The notes under the pieces are model-generated. The model did not search any database, was not told where the DNA came from, and saw only the letters and a program-made list of their open reading frames with translations. Made by a program: the position numbers and the translations under genes. Positions 19,140-27,995 of a DNA stretch of 64,000 nucleotides are shown here, in pieces; position 1 is the first letter of the stretch, and every line of letters begins with the position of its first letter. This DNA comes from Candidatus Aminicenantes bacterium. GTDB taxonomy: Bacteria; Acidobacteriota; Aminicenantia; Aminicenantales; JAFGBC01. The stretch spans positions 3,552,001-3,616,000 of the forward strand of contig OY969696.1 of NCBI GenBank assembly GCA_963702005.1. Reading direction: 5' to 3'.

Positions 19140-20042
19140 TTAGAACGACACCAGGCGCTTGAATTCTTTAAAGCGCTCCTCGATCTCACACCGGGTCAGG
19201 GTTTTGAAGCGCTCGATCCCGAAGTCCTCGATGGCGAACGAGGCGATGACGCTCCCGAACACGGCCGCCCGGCGGATCTCGGCCGGACCGCGCCGGCCGG
19301 CCTTGTCCAGCGCGCCCAGAAAGCCCCCCGCGAAGCTATCGCCCGCCCCGGTCGGGTCGACGACGTCCTCGCAGGGGTGGGCCAGAACCCCGAACAGGAA
19401 GTCTTTGCTGAAGACGAGCGCGCCGTGCTCGCCCTTCTTGACGATGATAATGCGCGGCCCGCGCCCGAGGAGGCGGCGGCCCGCCTTGATCAGATTGGCC
19501 TCCTCGGCCAGCAGCTTGGCCTCCTCGTCGTTGGCGAAGAGGACGTCGACGCCGCCGAGCGTGCGAAAAAGCGCCTCGGGCTTGGTCTCGATCCAGAACC
19601 GGATCGTGTCCAGGGCGACCAGGGCCGGGCGTTCGCGGAGCTGGGCGAGGACGGGCCCGGCCAGGTCGGGGTCGATGTTGGCCAGGAAGACGATGTCGGC
19701 TTTCCGGTAGGAGGGCGGAAGCTCGGGCTTGAAGTCCCGGAAAACGTTGAGGTCGGTCCTGATCGTCGTCCGCTGGTTGGGATCGCTGCCGTAGCGGCCT
19801 TCCCAATGGAAGGTTTTGCCGGGCTTGATCTGGAGGCCGCGGAGGTCGATCTTCCGCGACTCGAGAAGCTCGATCGTCTTGCGGGGAAAGTCCTTGCCGA
19901 CGACGCCGACGACCTTGGGCCGGGTGAAGAAGCTCGCGGCCAGCGCGCAGTAGGTCCCGGAGCCGCCGACGATCCGCTCGCGCCGCTCGAAGGGCGTCTC
20001 GATCGTGTCGAAGGCCAGCGATCCAATGATGACGAGACTCAT
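19140..20042 (-). CDS. PfkB/ribokinase-family carbohydrate or nucleoside kinase
   Basis: GGSGTY, NDEEA, DPTGAGDSFAGG signature. Confidence 0.9.
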   Translation of the reverse strand: MSLVIIGSLAFDTIETPFERRERIVGGSGTYCALAASFFTRPKVVGVVGKDFPRKTIELLESRKIDLRGLQIKPGKTFHWEGRYGSDPNQRTTIRTDLNVFRDFKPELPPSYRKADIVFLANIDPDLAGPVLAQLRERPALVALDTIRFWIETKPEALFRTLGGVDVLFANDEEAKLLAEEANLIKAGRRLLGRGPRIIIVKKGEHGALVFSKDFLFGVLAHPCEDVVDPTGAGDSFAGGFLGALDKAGRRGPAEIRRAAVFGSVIASFAIEDFGIERFKTLTRCEIEERFKEFKRLVSF

Positions 20043-20053
20043 GGCGTCTCCGG

Positions 20054-20992
20054 TCAGCGCGCCAGGTATTTCCCGATCAGGGGCTTGAGGGCGGCCTTGG
20101 TCTTCCGCGGGATGAGGTCGGGCCGGGTCACGATCGTGTTTTTGAGCGCCGTCGCGCAGCCGCAGGCCGCTCCCCGCGCTTGGGGCAGGGCGGCCAGGGC
20201 TTTCTTGATGACGGCCTTGGCGTTTCCGATGTTGAGCTTAAGGTTATCCAGGATCATCTCGACCGTGACCGGCTCCTCCTCCTCGTGCCAGACGTCGTAG
20301 TCGGTAACGAGGTTCATGGTCGTGTAGCAGATCTCGGCCTCCCGGGACAGGCGGGCTTCGGTCGCGCCCGTCATCCCGATGACGGACCCTCCCCAGAGGC
20401 GATAGGCCTTGGATTCGGCTTTGGTCGAGAAGGCCGGACCCTCGATGCAGATATAGGTCCCGCCCAGGTGGGAGCGGAGGCCGAGGCCGCGGGCGGCTTC
20501 GTAGAGGGAGCGGGAAAGGTCGGCGCAAACGGGCTCGGCGAAGGAGATGTGGGCCGCGATTCCGTTTCCAAAGAATGTATTGGGCCGCCGCGTCCGGTCG
20601 AAGAATTGGCCGGCGAAGACGATATCCCGGGGCTCGATGTCCTCATTGAGGGACCCGACAGAGTTGACCGAGATGATGCGTCCGACGCCGAGAAGCTTGA
20701 ACCCGAAGATGTTGGCGCGGTAGTTGACCTCGGCCGGAAGGAAGCGATGGCCCCGGCCGTGGCGGCTCAGGAAGGCGACCCGCTTTCCCTCGAGCCTACC
20801 GATGATATAGGCGTCGGAAGGCCTCCCGAAGGGGGTCGAAAGCCTGACCTCCCGGATGTCCCGGATGCCCTCGATCTCGTAGAGGCCGGTCCCGCCCAGG
20901 ATGCCGATATCGGCACGGGGCGGAGGGGAGGGGCGGATGGCCGCCTTCCGGGAAGCGGTTTTATTATGAACTCTTGCCTTCGACTTGGCCAT
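20054..20992 (-). CDS. mtnP: S-methyl-5'-thioadenosine phosphorylase
   Basis: GILGGTGLY, TPFGRPSD, RHGRGH, EGPAFSTKAES, VTDYD. Confidence 0.9.
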   Translation of the reverse strand: MAKSKARVHNKTASRKAAIRPSPPPRADIGILGGTGLYEIEGIRDIREVRLSTPFGRPSDAYIIGRLEGKRVAFLSRHGRGHRFLPAEVNYRANIFGFKLLGVGRIISVNSVGSLNEDIEPRDIVFAGQFFDRTRRPNTFFGNGIAAHISFAEPVCADLSRSLYEAARGLGLRSHLGGTYICIEGPAFSTKAESKAYRLWGGSVIGMTGATEARLSREAEICYTTMNLVTDYDVWHEEEEPVTVEMILDNLKLNIGNAKAVIKKALAALPQARGAACGCATALKNTIVTRPDLIPRKTKAALKPLIGKYLAR

Positions 20993-21040
20993 GACGTTCC
21001 TCCTTGGACGAACCTAATCTATATAATGCCCGGGGAGGCC

Positions 21041-21087
21041 AAGTCAACCCCTCGACACTCATGGAAGCCCTGAGTGCTGCAAGGCTG
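21041..21087. repeat. Unoccupied copy of the IS110 target sequence
   Basis: AAGTCAACCCCTCGACA-CT-CATGGAAGCCCTGAGTGCTGCAAGGCTG matches the joined flanks of the IS at 31741-33038 at 44 of 47 positions. Confidence 0.85.
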
Positions 21088-21094
21088 CTGCCTG

Positions 21095-21192
21095 TCCCCG
21101 AAGCGGGGAATTCGCTACCGAAGCTCCGCACTTTGACTTCAGCAGCTCTGCGCTTCGCCAACGTCGGAGCGCCTGTCCCGCGAAGGGGATTG
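21095..21192. repeat. MITE-like segment related to 25347-25470
   Basis: Shared blocks TCCCCGAAGCGGGGAATTCGCTA, GGAGCGCCNGTCCC and TCCCGCGAAGGGGATT. Confidence 0.6.
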
Positions 21193-21276
21193 AAAATAAT
21201 TTTTTGGACAGCTCCATTGGGCGGATTTGTTTTTCTCGGCCGGACGCGTTATGCTGGAAAGACTCGGAAGCGATCC

Positions 21277-22011
21277 ATGGACCGAAGTCTCCTCGAAGCC
21301 GCGGCCGATCTTCTCCGGAAGGCCAAGACCGTGGCCGTTTTGACCGGGGCGGGGATCTCGGCCGAATCGGGCGTGCCTACCTTTCGGGGGAAGGACGGCC
21401 TCTGGAAGCGGTTCCGGGCCGAGGACCTGGCCACCCCGGAGGCCTTCGCACGCGATCCAAAGCTTGTCTGGGAGTGGTATCGCTGGCGCCGCGGCTTGAT
21501 GCGAGACGTCGCTCCCAACCCGGGCCACTCGACCCTTGCCCGTTGGGAGACCCGTTTCGACCGGCTCGACATCATCACCCAAAACATTGACGGACTCCAC
21601 GCCAAGGCCGGCTCAAAAAACATCATTGAACTCCATGGAAATATCTGGAAAACCCGCTGCACACAAGAAGGGACGGTGTTCGAGCCCGGAGCGGCGCAGG
21701 CGGAGGAATCCCTTCCCCGCTGCCCGAATTGCGGCGCCCTTCTCCGGCCTCATGTCGTCTGGTTTGGAGAGATGCTGGACCGGAAGGTTCTGGAGAAGGC
21801 CTTCACCCTGAGCGCCGCCTGCCGGGTCATGCTCGTCGTAGGAACATCAGCCTATGTTCAGCCCGCGGCCTCCCTTCCCCTGACCGCGGTTCAGGCCGGG
21901 GCAGGCCTGATCGAGATTAATCCCGAGCCGACGCCCTTGACCGAGATGTCCCACCTATTCCTGCGCGGGAAGTCCGGCGAGATCTTGCCCGCGCTCGAAG
22001 CCGCGATCTGA
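21277..22011 (+). CDS. cobB: NAD-dependent protein deacylase (sirtuin class III)
   Basis: GAGISAESGVPTFRG, TQNIDGLH, HG, LRPHVVWFGE, GTSA.VQPAA. Confidence 0.92.
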   Translation: MDRSLLEAAADLLRKAKTVAVLTGAGISAESGVPTFRGKDGLWKRFRAEDLATPEAFARDPKLVWEWYRWRRGLMRDVAPNPGHSTLARWETRFDRLDIITQNIDGLHAKAGSKNIIELHGNIWKTRCTQEGTVFEPGAAQAEESLPRCPNCGALLRPHVVWFGEMLDRKVLEKAFTLSAACRVMLVVGTSAYVQPAASLPLTAVQAGAGLIEINPEPTPLTEMSHLFLRGKSGEILPALEAAI

Positions 22012-22013
22012 GA

Positions 22014-22115
22014 TCAGCCCTTCCAGAGGCCGAGCTGGACAAGGAAGAAGGCTTTAGAGTGGTCGCGGATCCCGGATTTGAAGCCTCCGTTCTCGGAGCT
22101 GCGGCGGCCGGGGCC
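22014..22115 (-). pseudogene. Internally deleted remnant of the ester cyclase gene at 24353-24769
   Basis: Translates PGRRSSENGGFKSGIRDHSKAF|FLVQLGLWKG*, matching PGSRNADNEGFKSGVRSHYKAF and VQLGLWKG* of the intact gene. Confidence 0.75.
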
Positions 22116-22150
22116 GTCAGTTTTGGAGGTCCGCAACGCCGAGGGATTCG

Positions 22151-24265
22151 TCAACGCGTGAATTTTAGGACCACGGCGTCGCCGTAGAGGCGCTTCTTGG
22201 GCTGGAGGGCGTTTTTGACCGGGAAGTTCGAGCTCCAGCTTTCACCGGTCACATAGATGCCTCCCTTTCCGTCCGCGGCGATTCCGTAGAAACGGTCTAG
22301 TTCGGACCCGCCGAGACACCTGGACCCGACCAGGCTCCTCCCGTCGGGCTTAAAAACCGCCATGATTCCCTGTAATCCGGGATAGGCGGCGGGCGTTTCG
22401 AGGCCCGACACGGGAAACAGCCCGCCGTCGGAGTAGCCGGCGACACTAGCGTAGCCGAGTGGATCTACGGCAACGCCCAGCAGCCTGTCCATGTTCTTGC
22501 CGCCGATATAGGTCGAATAGACCGGGCTTTGGCCGTCGGCGGCCAGCTTGGTCAGAAACCCGTCCTCGTCCCCCCGATTCGTTTTCTGATAGGGCGTCTT
22601 GACGGGAAAATCAGCGCTCGCCGTCTCACCGGCGATATAGATCGTATCGTCCGGTCCGAGGGCGATGGATGATCCGAAATCGAGGCCCGCGCCGCCCAAG
22701 AACGAGCAGAAGTCAAACGCCTGTCCCGAGGGCGAGAGCTTGAGGAAAAAGGCATCTGAGGTTCCGCCTCCAAAGGTCTTCTGAAAAGCCTTGTGGACCG
22801 GGAATCCCTTCCCAGGGGTCTGGCCCGTCAGATAGATCTCTCCCCTCGCATTCAGGACGACGCCATTGACGTTGTCTATTCCGCCTCCGCCCAAATAGGA
22901 GGAAAAAATGAAGTCGCCGCCCTTGGGAACGATCTTCGAAACGAATCCGTCGTAGATCCCGCCGCGGAACGTCGACTGAATGGCGTTCTTAACCGGAAAC
23001 CCCTTGCCGCAGCTGCCGACGACGACGGCGTTTCCATCCCCGTCGGCGGCGATTCCGTAGCCGAAATCCTGGTCGGGCCCTCCGAGGAAGGTCGAATAGA
23101 CGAGGCCCTTCCCATCCTTGGTCAACCTCAGGGCGAAGGCGTCGGAGCGTTCGTTCAGGATCTCGTCCTGGATCGGATTCTTGAGGGGAAAATTGGGGCT
23201 CTCGGTCTCCCCGGCCAGGTAAATCGAGCCGTCCTTGCCCAAGGCGATCGCTCTGCCGGCGTCGATTCGGGATCCGCCGATATAAGTGGAAAAAACCAGG
23301 CTTTTTCCGCCCGGGGCGAACTTGGTCAGGAAGATATCCCATAAACCGCCGCCGTTGCCGGTCTGGCGGGCGCTTTTAACCGGAAAATCGGTGCTGTCGG
23401 TCATGCCCGTGACATAGAGAGCCCCTTGGGCATCCACGGCTAAAGCCCTGCCCCAATCCTTGCCGCTCCCTCCCAGGAATGTCGAAAAAGCAAGGACTAG
23501 AGGATCAATGAAGAGGTCGCGGCCGGGGTCATAGACGCCGATTCGGAACCCGTATTCGCCGGGACCGGCTTCGACAAACGCGGCTTCAACGTGGACTTTG
23601 CGGCCGTCCACGACCTGGAAGCTGTCGGGCCGGCGGTGGACGATTGTTCCGCAGCCTGTCTCGACGACAAGGTTTCCGTCGGCATCGATCCGCGTCTTCT
23701 CGAAGTCCCGGTAGGCGAAGCGAATATCCCCGATCCTCCCGCCGGGATGGACGACCCAGTCGTACTCGATCTCCCTCTCGATGCCGTAAACTTTGAGGTC
23801 GATTCGATCATAGAGCCCCTCGTAAACAACCGCCCGGGATGTCGGCAGGTCGACCTTCCAACGGGCCGGATCGTCCCCGATAAGATAGTTGACCCTGAAA
23901 TCGGACGGATCAACGGCCTTGACGGCGGGCGCCGGATTCGCATTCAAGAACGCAAGCATGGAAACGGCGCTCCGCACGTCATGGATATCGGCTCCGCGGC
24001 CGGCCCAAGATTCGAACACCAACCCCGATCCGGTCAGCCACAGCCTATAGGACGAGGCGTCGGCATAGAAGAGGGCTTGGCCGTCGACTTGGCCCTGATT
24101 CTGAATGAAGTAGAGCGGGACGTCCCCAAAATCCGGCTGCCGAGCGGGGTTCGGCGGCAGAGGGCCATTCGAAGCCGGTCGCCAAGGCCCCGGCCTTTGT
24201 TCGGCCGAACCGGCCATTAGCAGGAAAAGAGCCAGGATCGGAAGAAGCCGCACCTTCTTTTTCAT
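22151..24265 (-). CDS. Secreted SBBP (beta-propeller repeat) protein
   Basis: FIQNQGQ N-domain, LFIDP linker, repeated STFLGGSxxD...IAVD...YVTG.T.S.DFP blades. Confidence 0.85.
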   Translation of the reverse strand: MKKKVRLLPILALFLLMAGSAEQRPGPWRPASNGPLPPNPARQPDFGDVPLYFIQNQGQVDGQALFYADASSYRLWLTGSGLVFESWAGRGADIHDVRSAVSMLAFLNANPAPAVKAVDPSDFRVNYLIGDDPARWKVDLPTSRAVVYEGLYDRIDLKVYGIEREIEYDWVVHPGGRIGDIRFAYRDFEKTRIDADGNLVVETGCGTIVHRRPDSFQVVDGRKVHVEAAFVEAGPGEYGFRIGVYDPGRDLFIDPLVLAFSTFLGGSGKDWGRALAVDAQGALYVTGMTDSTDFPVKSARQTGNGGGLWDIFLTKFAPGGKSLVFSTYIGGSRIDAGRAIALGKDGSIYLAGETESPNFPLKNPIQDEILNERSDAFALRLTKDGKGLVYSTFLGGPDQDFGYGIAADGDGNAVVVGSCGKGFPVKNAIQSTFRGGIYDGFVSKIVPKGGDFIFSSYLGGGGIDNVNGVVLNARGEIYLTGQTPGKGFPVHKAFQKTFGGGTSDAFFLKLSPSGQAFDFCSFLGGAGLDFGSSIALGPDDTIYIAGETASADFPVKTPYQKTNRGDEDGFLTKLAADGQSPVYSTYIGGKNMDRLLGVAVDPLGYASVAGYSDGGLFPVSGLETPAAYPGLQGIMAVFKPDGRSLVGSRCLGGSELDRFYGIAADGKGGIYVTGESWSSNFPVKNALQPKKRLYGDAVVLKFTR

Positions 24266-24352
24266 GAACCCCTCCACGACGAGCACTTCCTGGCGCTTTG
24301 GACGGACGCCGATCCCCGCCGGCCCGAGGTCGAGGACGCCCGGAGGCCCCGG

Positions 24353-24769
24353 TCAACCCTTCCAGAGGCCGAGCTGGACGAACAGGTCCATGCCGTCCCA
24401 TTCGCCCCAGCGCTCGACGACCTTGTCGTTCTCGATTCTGAGGATCTCGATGCCGCGAAAGGCGATCCGCCGTCCCGAGGGGGAAACGCCCAGATATTCG
24501 CCGACATGGGTACCGGTCGCCGCCCAGAGAATGGTGACCTTGCCGGCCGCCTCGTCGATGGCTAGCTCCTCGGTCGCCGCATAAAAATCGGGGAACGCTT
24601 TGTAATGGCTCCTGACCCCTGACTTGAACCCCTCGTTGTCGGCGTTCCGGCTGCCGGGGCTGTGATCGATGAAGCCTGGGGCATGGAGATTGTCGACGGC
24701 CTCGGCGTTCCCGTTTTGCCAGAGCTCGACCATCCAGCGCAGCGCGATCGCCCTCAGCTCTTTTCTCAT
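24353..24769 (-). CDS. SnoaL-like ester cyclase
   Basis: AFPDF, GTHVGEYLGVSPSGRRI, KVVERW. Confidence 0.85.
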   Translation of the reverse strand: MRKELRAIALRWMVELWQNGNAEAVDNLHAPGFIDHSPGSRNADNEGFKSGVRSHYKAFPDFYAATEELAIDEAAGKVTILWAATGTHVGEYLGVSPSGRRIAFRGIEILRIENDKVVERWGEWDGMDLFVQLGLWKG

Positions 24770-25290
24770 CTCAATAACGTCCTGACCGCCGAAGGGATGC
24801 GTCGTCGAAGCCCGGGGAAGACCTCCACCAGCCGCATGATATCAGCCAGATCTTTCTGTCTCTTGCTTTTGCGGCGCGTCTCGTCCAGGAAGGCCCAGAC
24901 CTTGCCCTTCAAAACATCCTCAACGGCCGCGACTTTCATCCGATATCCGAGCACATTTTTAAGCTCGGCGCGAGGAATAAAATCTTGGTAGCGGGCGTCG
25001 GTTTGAAGCTGGATGCGAAGATCGGATCCGGCCTTTGCTAAATTCAGACTGTGCTCGAACGGCTCGACCTTGAAACCCCTTTTTAGGGCGGTACTCCGCA
25101 CTCTATTAAGGTAATCCGCGGCGACGACGACATCGAGGTCGAGGCTGACCACGGGTTCGACGTAGGCGTTGACGGCCAACCCACCGATGACGCAATAATC
25201 CGATTTCATCGCCCTGAGGAAAGCCAGGAATTCCTTCAGGATATCGACCCTGCCGTTGACGACAGCGTTGAAGAAGTTTTTGCCGGTCAT
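24766..25290 (-). CDS. Nucleotidyltransferase (DUF6036/AbiEii-like)
   Basis: YCVIGGLAV...DLD and K...R.KDLADI motifs. Confidence 0.7.
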   Translation of the reverse strand: MTGKNFFNAVVNGRVDILKEFLAFLRAMKSDYCVIGGLAVNAYVEPVVSLDLDVVVAADYLNRVRSTALKRGFKVEPFEHSLNLAKAGSDLRIQLQTDARYQDFIPRAELKNVLGYRMKVAAVEDVLKGKVWAFLDETRRKSKRQKDLADIMRLVEVFPGLRRRIPSAVRTLLR

Positions 25291-25346
25291 TTCCCAGCGC
25301 CTCTAATCGTTCCTACTGTATTATACAATATTTTTCCTGCTTCACT

Positions 25347-25470
25347 GAAGCTCCACGGACTTACGTCCGTGGGATCTACACTTTGCAGGCGTTGGAGCGC
25401 CGGTCCCCGAAGCGGGGAATTCGCTATTCCTCCACGGACTAACGTCCGTGGAATCCCGCGAAGGGGATTA
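25347..25470. repeat. Palindrome-bearing non-autonomous element (IS200/IS605-derived MITE-like)
   Basis: Two hairpins CCACGGAC-ttac/taac-GTCCGTGG plus blocks shared with 21095-21192. Confidence 0.55.
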
Positions 25471-25534
25471 AAAAGGAGCTGCTTTTTCATTTCGTTTTTT
25501 TCTGGCAACTCATTATATTTTTTCCATCTGTTAA

Positions 25535-26135
25535 GTAAAGATCCCCGCGGCAAGCCGCGGGGCATTAGGAGCGCAGCTTCAAGGCCAGCTGCGCAGGCCC
25601 TTGCTCCAGTTCTCGGTGACTGACGATGTACTTCGCGATCACATCCCTCGTCATCCGGTCTCCGACCGTCCTTGCGAAATATCCGTCCTCCCACACTTCC
25701 CCGCCCCACAGCTTCTTTTTCAAGCCCGCAAACTCGCGAAACAACCCCCTCCCACTCATGCTCTTTATGATCCTGACGACCTCCCCGATCGATCGCGATG
25801 GCGGAAATGATACTAGCAAATGAATATGATCTTCGGTAATTTCCATCTCGATGATTTCAATATCGTACGATTCGCAAATCTCTCCCACGATCTGTTTCGC
25901 TCGTTCCCGGACTTCCACCCGCTCGAATATCTTCTTCCGGTACTTCGGACACCAGACCAGATGGTAGGACGTGTCGTAGACCGAATGACTCGTCCGTTTC
26001 AGCGTCACCCATATACTTTACCACACTCCCGAGCAAGGGCCTTTGTGGATAAGGGGGACTTTCCGGTCCCCCTTATCACCCCCTCGGCAAGGCATACATT
26101 CCACCCCGTGGCAAGCCACGGGGCAGCCTGTAAAG
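25535..26135 (-). mobile_element. IS200-type element (tnpA only), boundaries approximate
   Basis: Matching subterminal hairpins CCCCGCGGCAAGCCGCGGGG (25543-25562) and CCCCGTGGCAAGCCACGGGG (26104-26123) flanking a Y1 transposase; extra 12-bp stem at 26048-26077. Confidence 0.85.
25565..26008 (-). CDS. tnpA: IS200/IS605 family Y1 (HUH) transposase
   Basis: YHLVWCPKYRK, DHIHL (HUH), WEDGYF, KYI catalytic Tyr. Confidence 0.93.
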   Translation of the reverse strand: MTLKRTSHSVYDTSYHLVWCPKYRKKIFERVEVRERAKQIVGEICESYDIEIIEMEITEDHIHLLVSFPPSRSIGEVVRIIKSMSGRGLFREFAGLKKKLWGGEVWEDGYFARTVGDRMTRDVIAKYIVSHRELEQGPAQLALKLRS

Positions 26136-26187
26136 CTTTCGTGCTCAAAAATGGATAAGCTTCGCCTTTTTATGATATTCTTAGCCC

Positions 26188-27387
26188 ATGCGTTACGTCT
26201 ATTTCCAGGCGACGGCCGGCCTGAGCGGCGACATGATCCTCGCCTCGCTCCTCGACCTGGGCGTCCCGCCCGCGCTGTTCAAACGGCGGATGGCCGCCCT
26301 TAAGCTCCCGGTCCGGATCGAGGCCAAGGATGTCCGGCGCGGCGCCCTGCGCGGCCTCAAGGTCGACGTCGAAGTCCGTCGCCGCGCCCACGGGAGGACC
26401 TGGGATGACGTCGCCTCTTTTATCCGCAAGATCCCTTTTTCCGCCGCGATCAGGGATAACGCCCTGTCCATCTTCAAGCGCTTGTTCGAAGCCGAGGCCA
26501 AGGTCCACGGCGGGCCTTTCCGGAAGATCCACCTTCATGAGGCCGGGGCCGACGACGCCCTGATCGATATCATCGGGACCTGCGTCCTCCTCGAAGAACT
26601 TGATATCCGCGCGATCTATTGCTCGCCCTTGAACGTGGGCAGCGGCTGGGTCAAGACCTCGCACGGCGTCCTTCCCGTCCCCCCGCCCGCGGTCGCCGAG
26701 CTTCTCAAGAACGCGCCCGTCTACTCCGCCCACGCCGCCGAGGAGCTTGTGACGCCGACCGGCGCCGCGATCGTCTCCACCCTGGCCCGGGCCTACCTCC
26801 CCTTCCCCGAGCTTGTCTATGACAGGATCGGGTACGGCGCGGGCGGCCGCGACCTCCGTGAGCTTCCCAACATCCTGCGCGCCTACGCCGGCGACCTCGC
26901 CCGGTTTCAGCCCCGCAAGCAGATTTACCTCGTCGAGGCGACCGTGGACGACGCGACCCCCCAGCTTCTCGCCCACTTCCTGGACGAAGCCCTCCGCCTG
27001 GGCGCCCTCGACGCGACCCTCTCCCCCGTCGTCATGAAGAAGAACCGGCTGGGGACAAAATTGACGCTCCTCGCCCCCCTTGATAAAATAGACTGCCTGA
27101 TCGACGCCGTCTTCAGAGAAACGACGACGATCGGCGTCCGGTACTTTCCGGTCGAACGGAGGGTTCTGGAGCGGGAGTTCCACCAAGTCCGGGTGAGCGG
27201 CGGGGAGATCGGAATCAAGGTCTCCCGACTTGAGGGGAAACCCGTCAACGTCCAGCCCGAGTATGCCGACTGCGTCAAGGCCGCCAAGGCGAGCGGCCTC
27301 CCGCTCAAGGACGTCATCCGAGCCGCCCTCGGCGCCTACGAACAAGCTCAAGGGAAAAAGCAGGCCGACAAGGACAAACGATCGTGA
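26188..27387 (+). CDS. larC: Nickel pincer cofactor biosynthesis protein LarC
   Basis: [59 protein letters not shown]. Confidence 0.9.
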   Translation: MRYVYFQATAGLSGDMILASLLDLGVPPALFKRRMAALKLPVRIEAKDVRRGALRGLKVDVEVRRRAHGRTWDDVASFIRKIPFSAAIRDNALSIFKRLFEAEAKVHGGPFRKIHLHEAGADDALIDIIGTCVLLEELDIRAIYCSPLNVGSGWVKTSHGVLPVPPPAVAELLKNAPVYSAHAAEELVTPTGAAIVSTLARAYLPFPELVYDRIGYGAGGRDLRELPNILRAYAGDLARFQPRKQIYLVEATVDDATPQLLAHFLDEALRLGALDATLSPVVMKKNRLGTKLTLLAPLDKIDCLIDAVFRETTTIGVRYFPVERRVLEREFHQVRVSGGEIGIKVSRLEGKPVNVQPEYADCVKAAKASGLPLKDVIRAALGAYEQAQGKKQADKDKRS

Positions 27388-27995
27388 AACCGAAAAAGAC
27401 CCCGAAGAAAACGATGGACCTCGGGCGGATCGAGCGCGGGGTCCGTCTCATCCTCGAGGGCGTCGGCGAGGACGCCGAGCGGCTCGGCATCAAGGCCACT
27501 CCCCAGCGCGTCGCCCAGATGTTCGAGGAGATCCTGGGCGGGACCAACGAGGACCCGGCCGCCGAACTCTCCGTCATCGAAAGCGAGCGGCACGACGAAA
27601 TGGTCCTGATCCGGAATATACCCCTCTACTCGATGTGCGAGCACCACCTCCTCCCCTTCGCCGGGGTCGCCCACGTCGCCTACATCCCCCAGGGCGGCCG
27701 GATCGTCGGCCTGAGCAAGATCGCCCGGGTCATCGACGTTTTCTCGCGCCGCCTCCAGGTCCAGGAGAGGCTGACTAAACAGATCGCCGACCTCCTCGAC
27801 GAACGGCTCCATCCCCTGGGCGTCATGGTCGTCATCGAGGCCGAGCATATGTGCATGTCGATGAGGGGAGCCAAGAAGCCGAGGTCGATCACGGTCACCT
27901 CGGCCGTCCGGGGCTCGTTCCGGACCAAACCGGCCACCCGGGCCGAGGCGATGATGCTGATCCGCGGAGGGCTGACCGGTGGCAAAGAACTCTGA
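27384..27995 (+). CDS. folE: GTP cyclohydrolase I
   Basis: [35 protein letters not shown]. Confidence 0.95.
   Translation: MKPKKTPKKTMDLGRIERGVRLILEGVGEDAERLGIKATPQRVAQMFEEILGGTNEDPAAELSVIESERHDEMVLIRNIPLYSMCEHHLLPFAGVAHVAYIPQGGRIVGLSKIARVIDVFSRRLQVQERLTKQIADLLDERLHPLGVMVVIEAEHMCMSMRGAKKPRSITVTSAVRGSFRTKPATRAEAMMLIRGGLTGGKEL

Noticed and set aside
1099-20300. Long antisense ORFs (e.g. 1099-2775, 9898-11439, 18060-20300)
   Set aside because: Shadow frames of well-supported genes, expected in high-GC DNA; no recognisable motifs.
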